Origin: Nageia nagi | Lineage: Eukaryota > Plantae > Pinophyta | DNA length: 64,000 nt | Assembly: GCA_050084985.1 (NCBI GenBank) | Contig: JBITNC010000001.1 | Span: 96,410,001 to 96,474,000, forward strand | Reading direction: 5' to 3' | Shown here: positions 26,643 to 38,219 of the stretch, in pieces | Layout: each line of letters starts with the position of its first letter | Position numbering within the stretch: the stretch's first letter is position 1 | Made by a program: the position numbers and the translations under genes | Notes under the pieces: generated by a model | Told to the model about the DNA's origin: nothing | Database searches by the model: none | The model's input: the letters and a program-made list of their open reading frames with translations, nothing else

Positions 26643-28015
26643 TATAAAATCCCTAAATAATTATTCAAGAAAATATTAGCCAATTAAGTATCAAATAATA
26701 TCAATATGCACTCCTAGGTATACCATGAACTATTATGGGGTATCAAACACACATAAAAATGAGCTATAAATACCAAAGATGCACTCCTTTATTCATATTT
26801 CACCTCTACAACCTAACATCACACATGGAGACTCATATATCATGCAAAACACACCATTAATGGCTAGGAATGCCAACTTCACTATACAAGCATGATAAAA
26901 CTAAAATAGCTTAATGTTGGATATATGGAAGTATGAACATCAAATAATGAGAAAATAATGAGATCTAAGTATGCCATGAATCTATTAATGGAAGAATGAT
27001 GAGTACAATATTGAACAGGCCAATGAGGGCTCAATGTTGACCTCCAAGGATCCAACTAAGGTAAATAATATGTAAAGATAGATCCTTCTATTGAAACTAA
27101 TTTAGAATAATCATACACTACCAAATCCATGGATGCCACAGTGAAGGGCCCCCTCATAAGATAGCTCTTAACGAAGAGAGTAGATGTGATTTTGAAATGC
27201 CATTAGATGGATTCAAAGGTTTAGACTACTAATGGATGCATTAGGGTAGGGAAACCTCACAACATCAACATTCACCTTAACTACTATTCAGAAGGTGTTC
27301 TATGCCTTTTGGATTATCCTTGTATTCTATGCTCAAGGTTTCTTGATATTGCCAAGTCTTTGGTAACTACAAAGAGAAGGGTTTCAATATTGAATTGAAG
27401 TCTATCTCCTCAATGAGGCTCCTTTGCCTTATATATCTCATCAATGGATCTAGATATCATCTAAAAGTCATCAACCAACCTTACTAATCCAATGTGGGTT
27501 TCTTAGAAGCCCCATAAAGCTTAATAAAAGTGCCTAGGGGTCAATTCAAGCCCAACATGGGTATCTGGATCTTTTACATGCTCAATGTGGATCATCATGC
27601 TCAATGTAGGTGTTTTGGAATCACCCATGCCACATGGGGATTAGAATGCGTGCATGGGTTTCTTGGAATTATAATAAGCCAATGTGAGGTCTAGAGTGCA
27701 TGTGTGGATGTCTTAGAGTCATCATGGGCCAACATGGGGGTATAGAAGACTTCCCATGGTTGGCACATGTATATAAGTGCTCCAAAATCTAACATTAAGA
27801 AAATTAGGTATTTATCCATGCTTAAGTGTCATCTAGGTGTTATATAAGCATTAGGATTCTCATAATCATCTTTAGGATCACAATGTGGGTCCAACGGACC
27901 ATTATCTTTATATCCCAAGTAAATAACAACAAATACATGAATAAATGAATATTTACAAAAATGGAATCCCTAGGATTACAAAATTATTTATTTTTTGCAA
28001 AAAGAGGATGTTACA
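26643..28015 (-). repeat. 3' LTR (lacks ~70 bp present in the 5' LTR)
   Basis: TATAAAATCCCTAAATAA...GGATGTTACA, colinear with 30366-31807. Confidence 0.92.
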
Positions 28016-28020
28016 AAGCT

Positions 28021-28029
28021 TCCCCTCTC
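28021..28029 (-). promoter_or_regulatory. Polypurine tract
   Basis: TCCCCTCTC on the + strand, 5 bp from the 3' LTR. Confidence 0.7.
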
Positions 28030-28444
28030 AAATTAATTACCCTTAAGCAATTGAAGGATTCCAAAAATAATTATCTTTCAAACATCCTTGGTTCCAATGT
28101 AGGTATCAATAATGGCTCTTTGTGGTGAAATGCAACTTCAATAAATCTCCTCCATAATTCAGCCCATTAAATCCCTATATCAGATCTTAAAGTCCATCCT
28201 AGGTGTCTAGATGTTGCATGCAAAAATTTTGATATTTCATTAAAATTCCTTCTATATTTGGAAATACATATTAAGTACAAAAATATCAAAAAATATTTTG
28301 ATACAACAATCCTATGCATGCAAAAATTTTGACATAGTCATACATGTTGAGTAGAAAATTATAGCAATGAGTATTTGGAAGAACCCTAAAAAATATCATT
28401 GAAAAAACATGGAAAAAAGAAAGCATGAGTGAAAAAGAATGGAG

Positions 28445-28690
28445 TTCTTACCCCATGATATATGCAAAGCCTTCTCTAAGCTCAACTTTGGGTGCCAAGC
28501 TTCTCCTATACCTAATGTTGGATGCTAATTCTCCTTTTTGTCCAATGTGGGATGCCAAACTCCTTTCTTTCCCAATGTTAGGTACCAATATCCCTTCATG
28601 TCCAATGTAGGGTGTCAATTCTCCTTTCTAACATTAGGTGTCAATCCCCCTTGATGTTCAACATGGGATGCCAAACCTCCTCCTTTCCCA
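28445..28690. repeat. 30-bp degenerate minisatellite, about 8 units
   Basis: Units resemble CCAATGTGGGATGCCAAACTCCTTTCTTTC; ORF 28425..28610 has a 10-aa periodicity. Confidence 0.85.
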
Positions 28691-28779
28691 ATTACCTTAG
28701 CTTACTTCTTATCTTCCTCATGGTATATCCAAATCACTTTACATATCTTGTTAGTGACCTATGGGCATTCATTCTTGAT

Positions 28780-29510
28780 TCCTTATAGAGTGTGAGTCTT
28801 ACCATAAGTAACAAAATTCATAGTTAGATTCCTGTAATTGGTATGAATATCAACCAATTAAAATAGCCATTGTACACCCAAGATAATATGAGGATGCCCC
28901 TTAAGTAGATACACATAAAATTTTTCTCTATGTGATTTTGTAATCTCACCCCAAATATTTCCATGATTTGGTCCACTAATGTAAGTTTCCCATTAGTATT
29001 GGAAAATCTGAATCCTTCAAACTCTTGGTTTTGAGACCCTTCTTTTCCAAAAAATATCCAACAATAAAATTATGAGTAGCACTAGGGTCTATTAGGAATA
29101 TTACCTCTTACCCACCTGCTTTCCCAATTACATTGAGATGAAATCATCATTATTGCAATTTTCTAAAAATTTGAAATGAAATCATCTACTATTCCTTGCT
29201 ATCCCAAGGATGCAAGTTCTCTTAAATAATCATTATCCTTTTTTTTTTGTTAAACCCTTTTACCAACCTCTTAGAAAATTCATCAAAAGATGAGATATGA
29301 GAATAATCACGACTAATTATCCCATGTTACTACCATTTGAGAGCATATTCCTCAAAATGAAATGATGCAAAATGGATTGCATCCTCTTCAACCATATTCA
29401 AGTTGAAGGTGAATTATGTTTGAAGCTGATGGAGCCAAGGCCTAGCCATCATTTTCTTTCCATCATACATCAAAACTTGCATTTTGTTACTTTTCTATTG
29501 TAGCTCTCTT
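28780..29510 (-). pseudogene. Gypsy gag relic and protease C-terminal scrap
   Basis: YDGKKMMARPWLHQLQT*F...EEDAIHFASFHFEEYALKW...ISSFDEFSKRLVKRF (~29255-29480) and GVQWLF*LVDIHTNYRNLTMNF (~28815-28880). Confidence 0.8.
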
Positions 29511-30350
29511 TTTTCACCCCATGAGTTGCCTTAAGAGTGGGTGCCATGAAAACTATTTCCCTTCAAGCCCAAAGTCTCTAAGTAGCTATTGAAATTCATA
29601 TCCTTTCTAAATTTTGAATCTATCATAGAATAGTATCTAAAAATATGATTCAACTCAGGAGGATTTGGGACCCAATTTTTTAACCTTATTCAAAGATCTA
29701 TTGATGAACATAGGCTTGGATGGCTTGGGAATAATAGGAGGATATCTTATCTTACCAACATATTCTTCTAAAAGTCTCCCTAGTTAGTCCCTTATGATTC
29801 CTTACAAGAGTGGGAACTTATGAATGCATGATCCTATTTACTCATGGATCCATGATGAGTGGATCCTCTATCCATCAAGCTATACAATCTCCTTAGTATG
29901 GGATATTTCTTTATTATATCCTCCTCTCTTAGTTCTTCTTCCTTAGAATAGAATATGGGTACTCACATTTCATCTGAGCACTTCTTACTTTCTAAACCAA
30001 ACATCCAATTTGGATGACTTATTTTTCACTACTTTAGTCATACTCCTCATGGAGAAAAGGAGCTCATTAAATTTTATTTTTGGTGTAGACTCCCTGACTG
30101 GAGTAGAGCTTCTTCTTCTTCTATATGGTGGGGACATGCCTCTCCTAACTAAATTCTCTTTTCCAAAGGGTTCGCCATCTTGGACATCCTTATCCATGGT
30201 TTATGATCATCATTTTGAGTGGATTTGGCTAAGGTTTCTTCTAAGAACACCCCCTTTCCATCCTTATTAGCTAAAGAAATCTCTTTTCTAAAGCTAGATC
30301 TAGTATAATAATTATGAACGATTAGTATCATTCACAGGCTAGTTAAATTC

Positions 30351-30364
30351 AAGCTCTAATACCA
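30351..30364 (-). promoter_or_regulatory. Primer binding site, initiator tRNA-Met type
   Basis: AAGCTCTAATACCA is the reverse complement of TGGTATTAGAGCTT (canonical TGGTATCAGAGC) and lies 1 bp from the LTR. Confidence 0.9.
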
Positions 30365-30365
30365 C

Positions 30366-31807
30366 TGTAAAATTTCTAAATAACTATTTAAGCAAATATT
30401 AGTCAATTAAGTATCAAAAAATATCAATATGCACTCCTAAGCATGCCATGAACTATTATAGGGTATCAAACATATATAAAAATGAGCCAAAAACCTAATG
30501 ATGCACTCCTCTAGTCAAATTTTACCTCTACGATATAACATCACACATGGTGACTCATATATCATGCAAAATACACCATTAGTGGTCAAGAATACCAATG
30601 ATTCACCATACAAGCATGAATACATTGAAATATCTCAATGTTAGATATATGGAAGCATGAACATCGCATAATAAGATAATAATAATATCCAAATATGCCA
30701 TGACTCCATTAATTAAAGAATGATAAATACAATACCAAACAGGCCTAAGAGGGCTCAACATTGGCCTTTACAGAGCCAACTAGGGAAAATAATATGTAGA
30801 GATAGATCCTTATATCAAAACTACTATAGAACAATAACACATTACCATTTATATGGATGCCACATTGAAGGGCTTCCTCACAGACTAGCTCCTAGTGAAG
30901 AGAACAAATGTGATTTTGAAATGCCACTAGATGGATTTAAAGGTTCAGATTGCTTGTGGATAACTTAAGGTAGGGAAACCTCACAAAATGAACATTCACC
31001 TTAATAGCTATTCAGAAGGTGTTCCATGCCTCCTAGATTATCCTTGTGTTCTACACTCAAGGGTTCTTGATATAGCTAAATCTTTGGTAACTCCAAAGAG
31101 AAGGGTTTCAATATCAAATTCAAGTCTATCTCCTAAATGAGTCTCCTTCATTTTATGTAGCTCATCAATGGATCTAGATATCATCTATAGGTCATCACCC
31201 ATCCTTCCTAATCTAATGTGGGCTTCCTAGAATCCTCACAAAGCCCAATGAAGGTGCCTAGGGATCAATCCAAGCCCAAAATGGGTATCTAGGTGCTGTA
31301 CATGGTCAATGTGGATCATCATGATCATTGTGGATTCTTTGGAGTCACCCATGTCACATGGGGATTAGAATGCATGCATGGGTTTCTTAGAATTATATTA
31401 AGCCAACATGGGGGTTTAGAGTGCATGTATGGGTATCTTGGAGTCATCATGGGCCAAATGGGGGTATGTAAGTCTCCCTAAGGATGGTGCATGTATACAA
31501 GTGCTCCCAAATCCAAAATTGGATCAATTAGGTATTTTTCTTGCTCAAGTGTCATCTAGGTGTTATACAATCATTGGGATTCCCACAATCATCTTTAGGA
31601 TCTCCAAGTGCATTAATGATAAATTAAATAACACATAGTAGCTTAGGAGGAAAACCTCCCTCATGGGGCTCACAATGTGGGTCCAATGGACTATTATATT
31701 TTTATCCCAAGTAAATAACAATAAATACATGAATAAATAAATATTTATAAAAAGGGAATCCCTAGGATTCTAAAATTACTTATTTTTTACAAAAAGGGGA
31801 TGTTACA
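30366..31807 (-). repeat. 5' LTR
   Basis: TGTAAAA...GGATGTTACA, adjacent to the PBS. Confidence 0.92.
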
Positions 31808-34400
31808 ACATCATAAATTATATTTCCAATAGTAAAGTTTAGCTATATTTGGTATTATAGAGAATGTGGAAAAAGAGATCAAAATGGGTAGAATAACTTA
31901 ATATATTTTAGCTAAGAAATAAAATCTCTTGAAAAAAAGGAAGAGATGGATGGAAAATAAGAAATATTTTAGAAACAAAGATCTCAAGTGACATGTCTTG
32001 AACAAGGTGATAGAAATACATTTTTCTTATAGGAAAATCATTTAAAGAGAATTTACCAAATAGAGTACATGTTGTTTAGAACCCTTAAGTAATTATTACT
32101 AACACCAATTGAGTTATGAAAACTCTTGCCAACTAATTATTTCGAAAAAAAAAGAGGAAAAATCATCTTTATCATTTATTCACTAGGAATAAATCTTGGG
32201 AAGCATATCAAAATTAATCACTTGAAAATAAAATGATAATATCCTTAAACATATCTTAAATGAGGAATTAAAGAAGGTGGTATTTAACATGTAGAAAAGG
32301 AAACCCTCATGCCTAAATGGTTTCCCTATTGAATATTTTATGACCATTTGGAGCGCATTAGTTATATTACTGGTTGTAAAAATGGATGAAGCAAAAATGA
32401 TTACATTAGTACTCAATTATTTAAATCATACTTTACTTGCCTTAATTCACAAAGGAGAGAATAATTAAGATATCATCAAAATTAGTTCTATTAAACCTTG
32501 TAATGTTGTATATAAAATTTTGACTAAATTTATGGTAGAAAGTCTCAAATATTTATGCCTTATTTAATCTAGGATGAGAAGGGATGTTTTGTATAAGCTA
32601 AAGAGATATAAATGGTATTATGATAGCCTAAGAGAGTATATACTCTATGAATATGAAATATAGTCAAGGGATATTCATTAAGTTAGATTTCTCTAAGGAT
32701 GAAATAGAGTAAGTTAGGTATTCTTAGCTCAAATCTTAGACAAGATGGGATTTTATTCATAATGATCATCATGGGTCTTAGCATACATACAATTAGTATC
32801 TATTTTTACTTCTAATTTATGAAATATCTTTTGAGAATTTCATAGCTAAGAGAGGAATCTATAGATATTATCCAGTATCATCATACCTTTTTATCATCTA
32901 TGCTAAAGGCCTTGGAATATTACTAGCCAAAAAGAAATAAGAAGTAATCATATATTTGAATGCGGACCCAAAAATTGACTTAACAAACCTTCAATTAGTG
33001 GATGATATATACATGATATGTCTAACTACTATTAGATGATAATAAGTATAAGAGAAATTTTGAATTGTTATATTGAAGCTACTTGTGAAGTACTAAATGT
33101 GAATAAATCTAAGATAGTTTTCTTCAAGGTTGAGAAGAGGCTTAGGGAGGCAATTCTTTAAATTATTCATTTCTTGAAAGACACCTTGCTAATTCATTAT
33201 CTTGGAATTCTTTTATTAGTACAAAAATAAAACACAAATATTATAAACCATTACTTTATAGATAATACTTGAAAATATCTCATTAGACCCATAGATAGCT
33301 AAGTTTGGGATGTTGATTGACTATATTAAAGGAGTTCCTACAAGCATTACCTATTTATAATTTTTTAGTCCTTACTACCCTAATAGGATTTTTGAAATAA
33401 TTGGATATAATTATGAGGTATTTCTTATGGTTAAAACCTTAGTAAGATATAAAAAATTAACCTTATTTCGCTGGAATAAAATTTGCTAACCTAAAGCTAA
33501 AGAAGGATTAGGGGTGAAGACAATAATATTAAACAATTAGTCAATAGCTACAAAACTCTATTAGATATAGTTCACTACTCCAAAAACATTATGAAGTTAT
33601 ATTCTACTAGTTAATTATCTTCTTAAGGAAAATTTAAGCACTATTCCTCATATTTTAGTAGACAAAGATACTTCAATTATATAAAGGAACATGAAATTAG
33701 AAATAATAATGCTAAGAAATCATCTCTTTTGGCATTTGAGAAATAGCTAGTGGACAAGATTATTTTAAGGAATATTCAAACTAAAACCCACCACTTATTA
33801 ATAAATTTTCAAAGATCAAGGATCTGAAATTTTTCTTTCAAAATCATGGATAGATAAAGATCCACTAGTATCTCAAACAATTTCAAAAGTACACATTTTT
33901 CTTACAACAATGCTCCTTTAAAATTTATAAATACACAAAGACTAAATTTAGAGTATTTCAAAGATAAATTTTTTCCATAATAGTGAGAAAAAAGATAAAT
34001 TGGGTTTGATAAACAACCCAACAAGTGTATATTCTACTAAGGAAGGTTATAAATTGATATTACTTCATCAAGATATTATTCATCCTATCCCATGGAACTT
34101 TATTTGAAATAATAAAATTTAGAATAAGGTCAATATGTATACTTTATTAGCTAACCATTGAAGTTATATTACACATGAAAATATTTACAAATAATGTTTT
34201 TTAGAATCTTAAAGATATAATATTTATTAGTAATAAAATGAGTCTATAAATTACCTCTTCTTTACTATTTCTTCACACATTCTTTATGGCAATATGTTTG
34301 ACAATAAGTATCCCCTTTTGTTAGAGTTTTAATATTTCATGAATATTATAGGAAGGCAAGGTTCAAATTCACCAAGTTGAAAGTAGCTTGATAGTTAAGC
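31808..34400 (+). mobile_element. L1-clade LINE ORF2, 3' part (reverse transcriptase, zf-RVT), degenerate
   Basis: EELKKVVFNM*KRKPSCLNGFPIEYF, LNHTLLALIHK, CNVVYKILTK, IKLDFSK, LQLVDD, YLGIL, LQALPIY, PKAKEGLGVK and ESINYLFF occur in the expected order. Confidence 0.88.
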
Positions 34401-34703
34401 CCAAGATTCTTTTGGTGGTACTATAATGAAAACCTCAAACTATTGGATTATACTTGAAAAAAAACTCTTAAGTAAGATCACAAAGACTATGATTGCTAAC
34501 TTTAATTAAAAAAAATTTCTTGAATAAGAGAAAGTAGAAATTTTGGACTACTTAGGTATTAATATGAGTAGCAATTATAAACATGAGTAAAAAACACATC
34601 ATTTTATTTGCATCTAATTTTAGGTTGGAGCCATAATAGATATAGTTGAAGTATACCATGGTATAATAGTTAAAACATATTTCTTTGATACTAGTTAGAT
34701 ATG

Positions 34704-35025
34704 CCTTGGGATAGTTAGCAAGGAAAAAAATATTTTTAAGAGTCTTATGGAAATCTAAAGCAGATATAACTATTATATGTAGTTTGAAATCTTTTAAATA
34801 TTTTTTTTTTCATTTTTCCTTGGGAGAGTTAGCAAGAAAAATATATGTTTTTGAGTAATTATATAAAATATAAAATATTTTAAATGGATTTTATTTTTTA
34901 TCTTTTCTCTTGGAGAATTAGTAAGAAAGAAAATATTTTAAAGAGTATTATGAAAAGTCAAAGAAGATGGAAGTTATCATATGTAATTTGAAATCTCATA
35001 AATGATTTTAATTTTTTATCTTTTT
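34704..35025. repeat. Three diverged ~95-115 bp tandem units downstream of the LINE
   Basis: CTTGG(G)A.AGTTAG(C/T)AAG.AA...AATATTTT.AAGAGT at ~34705, ~34819 and ~34909. Confidence 0.7.
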
Positions 35026-35374
35026 GAAAAAAAATCTATATAAAAGAACACCACTTTTGTTATAGATCAATACTATAAAATATTATAAATACCTTTATAT
35101 GGTATTTTATTTTAATATTTTTCCAAATTTATTTTCTAGGAATAAATCTTTCTAATAAAGAACTTAATCCTTTTGAAGCAAATTAGAAATATTTGTACCT
35201 TAATTCCATAGGTGTATCATAGGTCATGAAGAAGCATACTTGCATTGGATAGCTTAAACTTCATCATATTAAATTTTTTAATGTTTTCTAAGATCATAAT
35301 ATAATTTACATAGATATGTAACGATAATTTTAAGTTTTTAGATTTATATGTCTCATAGGTAAATATAATAAAAA

Positions 35375-37417
35375 TGTTGAAGACAAATATGTAGAAGTAT
35401 CATTCAACTTTGCTCCAATAAAACAATGAAATGAGAATACATAAAACAAAGTATATATGGGAAAATAGAGTAAGGAATACACTCATATTTTTATTCATTC
35501 ATAAAATTAATTACAAAGGTAATATTTTTTCTACTAAAGAGTACATATCAAATACAAAACCTAACTTCTAACTATTTGATCAGTTAACATTGAAACTATT
35601 TAATAAAATAAAAAAAAATAATTATGAAAATACTTTGTAAATATGTGGTTGTAGACATGAATTTCCAACTATCTCTCTTTTTATATGTACACTAGTGATG
35701 CCCATCATTTGTCTCAGCCTTTCAAGTTGATCACAAGGTAGATATTTTGCTAATATATCAACTTATCCATGATACCTACAATGCTTTAGCTTGACTTGCC
35801 TAGATTGTACTAAATAATGAATAAAGTGATGTTTTATTTTAATATAATTAGTTCTACCATCAAACATATAATTTTTAGTCATTTAAATGGTGCTAATATT
35901 GTCACAAAATAAAATTATTGGATATAATATTAATTTTTTTGCATATCTTCCAAAACTTATCTCATCCAAACTACTTAGTAATTAGCTAAAGTAGCTACAA
36001 TATATTCAACTTGTACTAAAAATAAAGAGATTACTTCTTGGAACTCTAGAAAATAGGAAAAGAACCTAACATAAAAACATAACCAAAGGTTCTCTTTCTA
36101 TCATAAATAAATCTTATTCAATAACTATTTATATAATAACATAACTTAGATTCATTTGATTCATCATAAAAAAATAACAAAATTGGATTCTTCATGCACA
36201 TAACTCACAATTCTTTTTGGTGACCACCAATGATTTTCATGAGGATGTTCCATAAACCTTCATGCTAAGCTAATTACATATTGAATGCTTGAGTAAGTTG
36301 TATTTAGATACATAAAACTATAAATCAAGCTTCTATAAAGGGTTGCATTAATTTTTAGGATATCATCAAGTTTGCTCAACTTTTCACCAAATGCTAATGG
36401 AGTTGCAACAGATTTTAATCATGAATTTTAAACCTTGAAACTAAATCAACAATATACTTTCCTTGAGAAAGAGAAATACTATAACCATTTTTATTAACCT
36501 TCAAAATTAGGAAGTAACTCAATTTTCTCATTTTATATGTTTCAAGCTCTTTTTCTATTTGAACTTGAAAGACTTCAAAGAACTTCATGCAATTTCCTAT
36601 AAAACAAGATCATCAACATATAGAGTAACAATAATTTTTCATTTGAATTTTTTTTACATAAAATATAGGCTAATAAGTATTTATGGTTAAACTAGTTTGC
36701 AAGAGCTAGGAATCAATTTATGCATATCATGACGGTGGGGCTTGCCTCAAATCATATTGAGATTTTTTTAATATATAAATAAAATTTTCCTTACCCTTAA
36801 CACAATAGATAAGTGGTTGATCAACATAAAATTTTTCATTTAAAATATTACTAAAAAATGCATATTTAACATCCATTTGCTAAATTTCCCACTTGTATTG
36901 GATTGTAAGTGCAATAACAATTCTAATTGTGCCAAGCCTAGCCAAATAGAAAATGTTTCATAATAATAAAATCCATTAGTTTGAGTAAAGCCCTTGATAT
37001 ATACTCTTTCCATTTACCTATTAAAATATCTATATACTTTAAATTTTAATTTGTAAATGTATTTTACTCCAATCACATTTTTGCCTTTGAATAACTCTAC
37101 CAATTTCTAGGTATTATTCTTTTTAATAGTAATAATCTCTTTATTCATAGAACCAATCCATTTTGATTCAATTACAAATTCTTCAAATATAATAGGCTCA
37201 TATTGAATATTTCCAACCAACACACAATTAATTTTTTTTTTTTATTAGGAGTGGCTTGATAAATATTGTAAAGTCTTCTTACCTTAGGAGGATTTGAACT
37301 TGAATGTGATTGTGAAGATAAGGATGAAGATTACCTTAAGTTAAATGAAGTTGGACTTGAACTTATTCCTAAAGAAATCGTAGGAGGGATAACTTCTTCA
37401 CTATTTTTAAATGATGA
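35375..37417 (-). mobile_element. Outer Ty1/Copia element, 3' part (RT, RNase H, PPT, probable 3' LTR 35375-35670)
   Basis: Minus-strand QMDVKYAF, YDLRQAP, YVDDL, FCDNISTI*MTKN...GRTNYIKIKHHFI and DILAKYLP...RLRQMMG. A purine tract AAAAAGAGAGAT lies at 35671-35682. Confidence 0.88.
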
Positions 37418-37969
37418 TGTAGATGTCTCAAAATGAATTTTCATATATTAAATAATTCATTTTTATAGCATCAATGGATAGTTATTATAAAAAGCAATTA
37501 AAATATACCCAAGGTAATGTAATCATTGGAAAAGGACCACCAAATGATGTAAGTGATACCAAATATCAAGAAAGGCCGCAAGCTATGTAATATATGATGA
37601 TCCCAAGAAAAAGGGAGAATGAGGATGTTGCTATAAAATAATATTAAAGGAAAGTCATTCTCTATCAGATAATTGGATATCAAATAGGTTGACACATGCA
37701 AATTATATCATTTGATCACTAATAATAATTTTTAATACCAACTATTTGAGGATCTATTATCTTCCCTTTGTTATGTCTCATATACTTTAATTTCCATATT
37801 TGGTTCTACTTATTTTAATGCATCAATGATGGTGTATGAACTTAGATTTAATGAAGGTACATTATTATTCATTTGTGTAAATTGATATATTCCTATTATA
37901 TGCTTCTATATTATGTTGTAGAGAGATAGTGCTTCATTTATTACTCCTTGTATTATTTATTTGTCTACA
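37418..37969 (+). repeat. 5' LTR of the Tat element
   Basis: TGTAGATG...TTGTCTACA; colinear with 52139-52763 apart from a ~70-80 bp gap. Confidence 0.9.
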
Positions 37970-37972
37970 TTT

Positions 37973-37985
37973 TGGTGAACCTACT
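37973..37985 (+). promoter_or_regulatory. Degenerate PBS, tRNA-Trp-like
   Basis: TGGTGAACCTAC follows the LTR after 3 bp. The first 9 nt match TGGTGAACCCGACGTGA, the complement of the plant tRNA-Trp 3' end (recalled, not searched). Confidence 0.55.
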
Positions 37986-38219
37986 ATTTTGAATGGTCTT
38001 GCCCTCCTAGCCAAAAACTCACATAAATTCTATATTGGATCTACCATTTCGACATCATGCTTGGATCTACCATTGAGAATGATAAAAAATCTTAACAAAA
38101 GCAAGAAGACTTTAATGGAGTCCTCACCACACCCTTGCTGTATGATATTTTCAATTATCCTCTACCACTTGACCTCAAGGCACATAATTTTGTGATGTTT
38201 AATGGTGATCAACACTTGA

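Larger units (their letters stand above)
26643..31807 (-). mobile_element. Complete non-autonomous LTR retrotransposon (5165 bp): gag relic, partial protease, no RT/RH/INT core; chromovirus-derived
   Basis: LTRs at 26643-28015 and 30366-31807; perfect TSD ACATC (26638-26642 / 31808-31812); PBS TGGTATTAGAGC; PPT GAGAGGGGA. The internal region is only 2.35 kb. Confidence 0.92.
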
